Below, piece by piece: positions 1 to 6,760 of a DNA stretch of 10,888 nucleotides. The stretch's first letter is position 1. Every line of letters begins with the position of its first letter. The position numbers and the translations under genes are program-made. Under the pieces are notes generated by a model. The model ran no database searches, had not been told where the DNA came from, and worked only from the letters and a program-made list of their open reading frames with translations. The DNA comes from a virus (taxonomy: Duplodnaviria > Heunggongvirae > Uroviricota > Caudoviricetes): positions 1-10,888 of IMG/VR virus record IMGVR_UViG_2529293142_000034; one strand, 5' to 3'.

Positions 1-1263
1 ATGAAGCTCACAGCCAGACAGGTCGAGACCGCAAAGCCAAAAGAAAAAACCTACAAAATGGCCGACGGCGGCGGTTTGTATCTCGAGATTTCGGCTAAGG
101 GCTCTAAATACTGGCGCATGAAATACAGACGCCCCTCAGACAAAAAAGAGGATCGCCTCGCTTTTGGTGTTTGGCCTACTGTGACGCTAGCTCAGGCAAG
201 AGTAAAGCGCGATGAGGCTAAAAAGCTGCTAGTGCAGGGCATTGACCCAAAAGCCGAACAGAAAGAAGTTCAGGCCGAGAATTCGGGGGCATATACATTC
301 GAAACCATTGCTCGTGAATGGCACGCCAGTAACAAGCGCTGGAGTGAAGACCATCGATCGCGCGTTCTTCGCTATCTTGAGCTTTATATATTCCCTCACA
401 TTGGTTCGTCCGACATTCGTCAGCTCAAGACTAGCCACCTATTAGCCCCGATTAAAAAAGTTGATGCAAGTGGTAAGCATGACGTCGCGCAGCGTCTTCA
501 GCAGCGTGTCACGGCTATCATGCGTTATGCAGTACAGAACGATTACATCGACTCAAATCCAGCCAGTGATATGGCTGGTGCTCTATCTACAACCAAGGTG
601 CGACATTACCCCGCTTTACCCTCTAGCCGATTCCCTGAGTTTCTTGCACGTCTTGCTGCATATCGTGGCCGTGTAATGACACGGATCGCGGTTGAGCTTT
701 CCTTACTAACTTTTGTGCGTTCCAGTGAGTTGCGTTTCGCGCGTTGGGATGAATTCGACTTCGATAAATCTCTATGGCGCATACCTGCAAAACGAAAAGA
801 AATTAAGGGTGTGCGTTATTCGTATCGTGGTATGAAGATGAAAGAGGAGCATATCGTTCCGCTGAGTCGTCAGGCGATGAATTTGTTAGACCAGTTAAAG
901 CAGATTAGTGGTGATAAAGAGCTGCTTTTCCCGGGGGATCATGACGCAACTAAGGTTATGAGTGAAAACACAGTGAATAGCGCATTGCGTGCGATGGGAT
1001 ATGACACAAAAACCGAAGTCTGCGGGCATGGGTTTAGGACGATGGCACGTGGTGCGCTGGGTGAGTCAGGGTTATGGAGTGATGATGCTATAGAACGCCA
1101 ACTGAGCCATTCAGAACGTAATAATGTTCGGGCTGCCTACATTCACACTTCAGAGCATTTAGATGAGCGTAGGCTGATGGTGCAGTGGTGGGCTGATTAT
1201 TTAGATATAAATAGAATGCAATATGTGACACCGTATGACTTCGCAAAGGAAGAAAATCTGTAG
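1..1263 (+). CDS. int: Tyrosine recombinase, P4-type integrase (420 aa)
   Basis: Intact 420-aa ORF starting at ATG position 1. N-terminal region (LYLEISAKGSKYWRMKYR...) is typical of P4-family integrases; C-terminal catalytic region has HGFRTMARG (His-x-x-Arg) and a downstream Tyr (VRAAYIHTSEH). Confidence 0.93.
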   Translation: MKLTARQVETAKPKEKTYKMADGGGLYLEISAKGSKYWRMKYRRPSDKKEDRLAFGVWPTVTLAQARVKRDEAKKLLVQGIDPKAEQKEVQAENSGAYTFETIAREWHASNKRWSEDHRSRVLRYLELYIFPHIGSSDIRQLKTSHLLAPIKKVDASGKHDVAQRLQQRVTAIMRYAVQNDYIDSNPASDMAGALSTTKVRHYPALPSSRFPEFLARLAAYRGRVMTRIAVELSLLTFVRSSELRFARWDEFDFDKSLWRIPAKRKEIKGVRYSYRGMKMKEEHIVPLSRQAMNLLDQLKQISGDKELLFPGDHDATKVMSENTVNSALRAMGYDTKTEVCGHGFRTMARGALGESGLWSDDAIERQLSHSERNNVRAAYIHTSEHLDERRLMVQWWADYLDINRMQYVTPYDFAKEENL

Positions 1264-1302
1264 AAATTATATGCTAACAATATATAAAACTCTTATAGTA
1301 AT

Positions 1303-1332
1303 AAACCATCCATTATTTTTAATGGATGGTTT
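1303..1332. terminator. Perfect 12-bp inverted repeat (AAACCATCCATT / AATGGATGGTTT) with a 6-nt loop, between the convergent int and cargo genes; putative bidirectional terminator
   Basis: Palindrome read directly at 1303-1314 and 1321-1332, between the int stop (1263) and the cargo gene stop (1362-1364). The stem is AT-rich and there is no clean U-tract, so terminator function is uncertain. Confidence 0.4.
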
Positions 1333-1361
1333 AAGATGAATTACTAGTTTTATGATTGAAT

Positions 1362-3657
1362 TTAAATTACTTCGACATTTTGATCATCATTAGCACTTTG
1401 CTGAACGTCGACATTAATGTCATCATCATTCGGCAGAGCCTTATAATATTCTCCCATCATCATTTTATAATGTGCAGCATTATCGCTGTATTCAAATATT
1501 TTCTGGAATATATTGAGATTTTTACTAACCGAGTTTTGGTCTAGAGCAATGTAAAGATCGTCATTTGAATGATGTGAACCGTCATTAATCCAAGATATCA
1601 ATGAATTAAATGCTATTTTTTCATCACCATCAAAATGTTTTTCGAGTTTCCATACATTAAATCCACCTAAAATTTTAAAGTAATTTTCAAGAATTCTTCT
1701 CATTGTGTTTTGTACTGTTGTGCAATTAATATCAGGGCGCCTTATCTCACTCCATAGTAAATCATATGAAGTTTTAATTGGATTGCATGCATGGCTTTCA
1801 ATGAACGATAATTTATCCTTTTTCCTAATGACCCAAAATGTTTCATCAGGACGAGCAGTATCTAAATTTCTATTCATATCGAAAGTTAACTCTTTATGAA
1901 AATAAATATTGTGAGTTAGGAAAAAGACCTGTTTTATACGGCCATTATTGTCTCTAATGTCTTTTATAAGTTTTTTCATTAATGAGCTAACTATAAACAG
2001 AATATCACTATCTAAACTTGATATAGGATCATCAAAGACAACTACTCGATCGTTCATTACACCAGATGTTGAATTACTTCCTTTGATGAGATTATAGAAA
2101 TATAGGAATGTGATAAAAGTTTTCTCACCCTCACTGAGTGTGCTTAGGGCATTATCACCATTTTCACGTACGATTCTATAGCTAAACGAATCGGATGTCG
2201 GTGCAAGGCTAAAATTTTTGAAGCCAAATGATAAAAGTATCTTATTTATAGCAGTGATTGTTGGCGTGACACTGGTTCTTTTAGATTCCTCGCTGGATAT
2301 ATTTTCAATGATATCATCTAATCTGACTTTGTCTTTTTCTAAACCCTTAATTAACCCTTCCTTAGCTCTATTTAACTGTTCCTTATCAGTATTATATTTA
2401 TTTATTTTATCAGCCAGTTCAACTTTAACTATATAATGCCATATTTCTTTTGTTAGTTTTTCTCTTTCCATGCTCCTGTTTTTGTATAGTTCATTATTTT
2501 CAAAAACTTGATTGTTAGCTGCAAGAATGATGTCTAATAATTCTTTGCCAGGCTCTAGAAGTCCTGTCATAGCGACAGGTGTACTTAATTCAGCCAATTT
2601 TCTTTTTGCTTCATCTATATTCCTTGATAATATTGATAGAATTAATTTGGATTTTGTGTTAAACAAATCCAAATCAAGGAAGGCATAGTTCCCTTCATTT
2701 ATTTTCGCAACATATTCATCAAATAAACGATACTCATGAGTATAATTTTTTAGTAATACATTAATGCTTTCTGTTTTTTCTAAATATTTTGTGTCAAAGT
2801 AACTTTCTAAATCCGATTTCAAACTACTGGGCGTATTTTGTTGGCAAAATGGACATTTGGTTTCAAGGTTATCATAGTACTTTATCCCTTCTTTAACCCA
2901 GTCACTGTTATCTAGTTGCCTTATGATTTCGGCAACGCTTGCATCTTCTTTTCCAAGAATTTTCTCTTTCCATATTTCATCGTCAACTATTTTTTTATGT
3001 TGCTAAAATTTGGTAAGGGAATTATATTGTGAACTGTTAGCGAGTCTGAGTAAACACTACCAGCCTTCGATATTAAGTATGGTAACTGGTGTAAATCTAC
3101 TTCTTTTGAATATAGCTCCTCTAATACCTTTGATTTGAATTTTTCCTGGCTGCTTCTTAAACCTTCAAATGCTTTATAGAAGTAATCATCATGTTTTTCT
3201 TTTGATTCCAGCAATCATTTTTGAAATCCAATTCAATTTTTTCAAGTTTTTGATAGATACCTAAATTTGCATTATCATTGTTATTTAAATTTCTTTTCTT
3301 GGAATCTATTGAGCTTTGCTCTTTATCCCTTTGTTGTATCAATTTGTCTATGTTATCTGTGAGCTCTTTTGTTTCTTCACCTAAAGTAAAAATACCTTTA
3401 ATACTATCTCCAGAAAAATTATTTACAACAAAATCCCTGTTGTAGACATAAGGAGTTAATTGATTGTTGTTTTTCCATTTAATCTGGCAAGTTGGAAAGC
3501 CTAAAGCATTATGAATTATTTTGCTAATTGTAGTTTTTCCAGCACCATTTGAGCCATATATGTAATTGATTTTCATTAGAGGCATCATATATTGAACGTC
3601 ATTTCCATATGAACCGGCTTGAGAAACGCTTATAGACTCTATCATTATCTTTTTCAT
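1362..3657 (-). CDS. Cargo gene: RloC/PrrC-like ABC-type ATPase with central CPFC motif and C-terminal putative nuclease domain (about 765 aa when joined); interrupted in this sequence by two homopolymer frameshifts
   Basis: Three adjacent minus-strand ORFs (3157-3657, 2987-3214, 1362-2822) join into one frame if one base is added at the T5 run 3194-3198 and at the T7 run 2990-2996. Walker A YGSNGAGKTT is at 3535-3558; reading the 1362-2822 frame upstream of its TTG start gives ...KYYDNLETKCPFCQQNTPSS (CPFC at 2844-2855). Signature-like LSEGEK, Walker B/D-loop VVVFDDPISSLD (about 2025-2045) and H-loop FFLTHN follow. Family assignment (AAA_13 / RloC-PrrC-like) is from motif recall, not a search. 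Confidence 0.7.
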
Positions 3658-3736
3658 CCTTTAGCTTTGTGTGAGGGGCGTGTCAGTCACGGATTACTAT
3701 TGCAGAATATCCATTTGTTTCAAGATATGTTTTTAT

Positions 3737-3780
3737 ACAGTGGTAAATAAACACAGTGGTAAATAAACACAGTGGTAATC
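3737..3780. repeat. Tandem direct repeat, 16-bp unit ACAGTGGTAAATAAAC x about 2.7, lying 80-125 bp upstream of the cargo gene start
   Basis: Exact copies at 3737-3752 and 3753-3768, partial third copy at 3769-3780 (ACAGTGGTAATC); a related CAAGTGGTTTAGTG follows near 3791. Confidence 0.8.
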
Positions 3781-3880
3781 ACAAAATATTCAAGTGGTTT
3801 AGTGTCATAGAAAGTGAGCATCTACGCAAGAATGTACTAACTCTGAGTTTACAAAATTAAATAATTAATATGCGCGCGCA

Positions 3881-3899
3881 GTGCTTTCCCCGCCTCGCC
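3881..3899 (-). other. cos site: P2/P4-type 19-nt cohesive-end sequence GGCGAGGCGGGGAAAGCAC
   Basis: Reverse complement of 3881-3899 is exactly GGCGAGGCGGGGAAAGCAC, followed on that strand by CTGCGCGCG..., matching my recollection of the P2/P4 genome left end. It sits between the cargo locus and psu, as expected for an integrated P4. Confidence 0.8.
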
Positions 3900-3999
3900 C
3901 GCCCGCTTTGCGGGGCGGTTTTAATGCAGTTGCACTGACACGCTCAGACCGCGCCGGGAATGGCGCGGTTTGCAGAAAATGAGGCAGGGAAACGCATGC

Positions 4000-4033
4000 A
4001 AAGCCATGCACCTTATCGATGCATGGCTTTTTT
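4000..4033. terminator. Intrinsic terminator-like hairpin (10-bp stem AAAGCCATGC / GCATGGCTTT, 11-nt loop) with a 3-prime T-tract on the plus strand and an A-tract on the other side; probably bidirectional, just downstream of psu
   Basis: Stem pairs 4000-4009 with 4021-4030, followed by TTT at 4031-4033 (T-run 4028-4033). Lies about 30 bp beyond the corrected psu stop (4064-4066). Confidence 0.5.
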
Positions 4034-4063
4034 CAGTAAAAACGGGCGGATTTTCGGGGAATT

Positions 4064-4635
4064 TTACACTGACTGACGTGATGCCAGTTGCGCACTTTTA
4101 CGCGAAAAAATCATGTTCTGCGCAGGGGTGAATTTTTCACGGCTGTCATCCACCGAAGCCGCGTCAGGCCTGAATCCGATGGTCGTTAAAATGTCGCTAT
4201 CCTGTGCGGAATAATTAATTTTTCCCCCTTCGCAAGCCAGGACAGAAGGGCTTCACGCAGGGCATCTGTGGCACGCTGTATGGCACAGTTTCGGGCAATG
4301 GCCGTCAGCTCACTGTATCCCATCAGCTCCGGTGCCAGTGCCGCCGCCAGTGCTGTGCCGTGCTGCTGCATAAAATCATTCAGCCGGTCGCGGATGCTGA
4401 TGTGCTGAACGGCTTCATGCGAACGAATATAACGACCGGCGGCCTGATTCACCTGCCATTTTCTGACTTCGATAATATTGCGTAATTCGTCCAGGCGACT
4501 GACGTTTCTGCCTTCCCCGGACAGAAGCCGCAGATATTCCTGTTCGGCCGCAGCCAGCTCATTTTTGCGTTGCAGCCATGCTGCTTTGTTATTCTGACAG
4601 GTGTCAAAGGCCTGCTGTAAGGCTGTGCTTTCCAT
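4064..4635 (-). CDS. psu: Psu polarity-suppression / capsid-decoration protein (190 aa after a one-base correction); C-terminus out of frame here because of a homopolymer indel
   Basis: ORF 4186-4635 (149 aa) ends ...LSWLAKGEKLIIPHRIATF*. The adjacent frame reads KINYSAQDSDILTTIGFRPDAASVDDSREKFTPAQNMIFSRKSAQLASRQSV* to a stop at 4064-4066. The join needs one extra T in the T5 run 4219-4223 and gives 139+51 = 190 aa, the length of P4 Psu as I recall it. Confidence 0.85.
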
Positions 4636-4707
4636 CGTTATCTCTTTCTCATCATGCTGAAGAATAAAATACGGTGTGCGGCGACGGCCGGTGTTAACCG
4701 GCAGCCC

Positions 4708-5208
4708 TCATTCCAGACGCAGCGAATATGATTGTGTTTTTAAGCGTACTGGCGGCAGTTCCTGTTTTTCATGCAGGCTTTCTGCCAGTTCGTCCGGCGT
4801 GACCGGGCGGACAATGAAACGGTTGATGGTCTGAAGCGTTTTAAACACCAGACCACAGCCCGGATCCGTGCACACATAAAAACGCTCGGTGACTTCCTGA
4901 GACAGACGCCTCGATGTTCTTGACAGTGCAAGGCCTTTACATCTCCGACAACAATATCCGGTAACAAGCATTCTTTTCGGGCGTTTCATACTGCCGGAGG
5001 CTGACGTCAGTGAATCGCGGTATCTCTGTTTGCCTGAAATGTATTCCATTCCTGAATCTTTACTGTCAGAGAAAAAGCTTTCACTCGCTTCAAATGTCGC
5101 AGAGCAATAAATATTCCGGCACTGTGCAATCATTATCTTGGTGCCATCGTCCATGAAATGTGCGCGGCGGGTGTGAGCAACATGTCCACACGACGGGCAG
5201 TAAATCAT
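4708..5208 (-). CDS. delta: Delta late-gene transcription activator with two tandem Ogr-type zinc-finger domains (166 aa)
   Basis: Intact 166-aa ORF with two C-x2-C-x22-C-x4-C modules (CPSCGHVAHTRRAHFMDDGTKIMIAQCRNIYC and CCRRCKGLALSRTSRRLSQEVTERFYVCTDPGC). Its ATG (5208-5206) overlaps the sid stop as ATGA. Confidence 0.9.
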   Translation of the reverse strand: MIYCPSCGHVAHTRRAHFMDDGTKIMIAQCRNIYCSATFEASESFFSDSKDSGMEYISGKQRYRDSLTSASGSMKRPKRMLVTGYCCRRCKGLALSRTSRRLSQEVTERFYVCTDPGCGLVFKTLQTINRFIVRPVTPDELAESLHEKQELPPVRLKTQSYSLRLE

Positions 5209-5938
5209 GACAGCAGTCCTCTGGCCTTAAGCTCTGCTCCCTGCTGGTCTATTTTGTCCTGCCACACCTTGCGCTGTGCCGGTGTGCCTGCCACCTCATA
5301 ATCCATGTGCGGGAGTGTTGCCGCTGACAGTCCGGTCAGCCGGAGAACCGGCTCACCGGTGAGGCTGATTTGCATCTGTTTTATTTTCTGTTCCAGCGAT
5401 GATTTCACCTGCTGCATGACAGCCTTTTCCGGTGCGACGTAGCCCTGATGGCCGGTGGCGTTGGCGAGCGGATTTTCCTGTACCAGAATGCTCAGATGCA
5501 TTGCCCGGACAAGCGCCTCACAGGTTTCATTCAGGGCGTGTTCCAGCTCATGCTCTGCATACAGACTCAGCAGGTGATGATGTGCCTTCCGGTAGGCGGT
5601 GGCCGTGCTGTCACACGCCCCTTTCAGGCGTTCACGTTCAAAATTCAGCACCACGGCCAGATTGTCATATTCCTGTACCAGCTCCCGGCGTGCCACGCGC
5701 TCAATGTGGCGCTGTTTCAGCTCGTCGCTCAGGACACCACCGGCTGCACGAAAGGCTGTGCGCCAGTCATCAGCGTCATTTCCGTCGGCCTGCGCCAGCG
5801 CATTTTTTCCTGCTCTGCCCGTTCAATGGCCTTGACGGTCTCATCCATCAGTCGGGCGTTCTCAAGGTGGGCGGCTCTGGCCTTTTCCAGTTGTGCCAGT
5901 GCGGGTTGCAGATATTCAGGGATGGTGTTGTCAGACAT
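5205..5938 (-). CDS. sid: Sid capsid size-determination (external scaffold) protein (244 aa after a one-base correction); split in this sequence by a homopolymer indel
   Basis: ORFs 5729-5956 and 5205-5696 join if one T is added to the T6 run 5803-5808: ...AIERAEQEK + NALAQADGNDADDWRTAFRAAGGVLSDELKQRHIER + VARRELV.... Starting from ATG 5938 (GAGGAG Shine-Dalgarno 7 nt upstream) gives 45+36+163 = 244 aa, the P4 Sid length as I recall it. Confidence 0.85.
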
Positions 5939-5972
5939 TTTCCGGCTCCTCGTCACTTCAGGTTAAGAAAAT

Positions 5973-6028
5973 TGTGACGTACACCGGACAACAACACGAC
6001 GCATTGCAGATGTGCCAGTCCTGACACA
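5973..6028 (-). promoter_or_regulatory. Candidate late promoter for sid-delta-psu with two TGT-N12-ACA activator sites of the Ogr/Delta type, centres 38 bp apart
   Basis: TGT-N12-ACA read at 5973-5990 and 6011-6028. If the distal site is centred near -55, the start of transcription falls about 5964 and the proximal site near -18, leaving a roughly 25-nt leader before sid ATG 5938. The -55/-18 arrangement is recalled for P4 late promoters. Confidence 0.55.
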
Positions 6029-6106
6029 GGAGACTCATCCTCAGACCGGCAAGCCAGGAAAAGGTCGCAGGAAAAACCGGCTTACTGTTTGTTTTTTTAT
6101 ATTTTA

Positions 6107-6220
6107 CTGTTCACCTCTGTTCACCATAAGAAAAAAGATAAGTAATACAGTAAGTTAAAGGGTGAACAATCGCAGTAATGACTGTTCACCGTCTGTTCAC
6201 CACTGTTCACCCGTTCATGG
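6107..6220. repeat. Phased 9-mer repeats CTGTTCACC (five direct copies, one inverted, one degenerate) in the divergent control region between sid and alpA
   Basis: Direct copies at 6107-6115, 6117-6125, 6182-6190, 6193-6201 and 6203-6211 (10-11 bp spacing within each cluster); inverted copy GGTGAACAA at 6161-6169; degenerate CGTTCATGG at 6212-6220. Existence is certain; function is inferred. Confidence 0.8.
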
Positions 6221-6295
6221 ACTTTTTGTGCTGTTTATTACTTTTTATTTTTATTAATTAACTGAAATAAATAAGAAAAACAATTTGTATTTCAC

Positions 6296-6301
6296 TATAA
6301 T
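6296..6301 (+). promoter_or_regulatory. Consensus -10 hexamer TATAAT facing alpA; candidate early promoter element
   Basis: TATAAT at 6296-6301 in an AT-rich stretch; no convincing -35 at 17 bp spacing, so this is weak. Confidence 0.25.
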
Positions 6302-6490
6302 TTTTTCCAGCTCCTTCCAGAGCGTTTTTAAAAGCTATCTGGCGCTGATGTGCAAAAAACACACAGCCATTGTAAGGCTGCCGGAACAAATCCCCCCTGT
6401 TGCGTCTGCCAAAAATATTCACAAAATAAAGCGCTACCCCGAAGCCGGACGGACTTATCCGGTGCTGTATGGACATTACGAGGTAGCCCG

Positions 6491-6760
6491 ATGCTAAGCC
6501 TGTTTTTTCTCCCCGTCTCCTGCCCCTGTGACGCCACTGATGCCGCTGCCGGACATCACGCAGGTAGCGTTTTTTTACGCTGCCGGAAGTGATGCACCTG
6601 TGCGGCCTGTCACGCTCGACCATCTATGAACTCATCCGTAAGGGGGAATTTCCGCCGCAGGTGAGTCTTGGCGGTAAAAAATGTGGCCTGGCTGCACTCT
6701 GAAATCACCGCATGGATGGCCGGGCGCATTGCCGGACGCAAACGGGGGTACGACGCATGA
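6491..6760 (+). CDS. alpA: AlpA-family (Vis/excisionase-like) helix-turn-helix regulator; reading frame broken twice at homopolymers in this sequence
   Basis: Core at 6580-6702 reads [34 protein letters not shown]...; removing one A from the A6 run 6676-6681 continues as ...[29 protein letters not shown] (stop 6758-6760), a close fit to the AlpA-family pattern. No in-frame start precedes the core unless one T is added to the T7 run 6570-6576, which joins it to ATG 6491 (GAGG 7 nt upstream). N-terminal boundary is uncertain. Confidence 0.65.

Noticed and set aside
229-676. Small ORFs within int (229-438 minus, 242-445 plus, 461-676 plus)
   Set aside because: Embedded in the intact integrase reading frame with no independent support.
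1356-2436. Plus-strand ORFs 1356-1544, 1705-1899 and 2218-2436
   Set aside because: Antisense to the cargo ATPase gene; AT-rich DNA gives open frames by chance, and the translations are Ile/Leu/Phe-rich.
2987-3657. Reading the three cargo ORF segments (3157-3657, 2987-3214, 1362-2822) as a three-gene system
   Set aside because: The breaks are at homopolymer runs and a one-base correction at each yields a single protein with Walker A in the first piece and signature/Walker B in the last, which only makes sense as one polypeptide.
3737-3780. Tandem repeats as a possible CRISPR array
   Set aside because: Copies are directly adjacent with no spacers, the unit is 16 bp and AT-rich, and there are fewer than three full copies.
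3899-3922. GC-rich hairpin followed by TTTT, read as a standalone terminator
   Set aside because: It overlaps and abuts the 19-nt cos sequence; the GC-rich structure is better explained as part of the cos region.
4740-4967. Minus-strand 75-aa ORF inside delta
   Set aside because: An alternative frame within the intact, motif-bearing delta gene.
5432-5977. Plus-strand ORFs 5432-5977, 5448-5966 and 5599-5835
   Set aside because: Antisense to sid, with low-complexity translations and no ribosome-binding site; sid accounts for the region.
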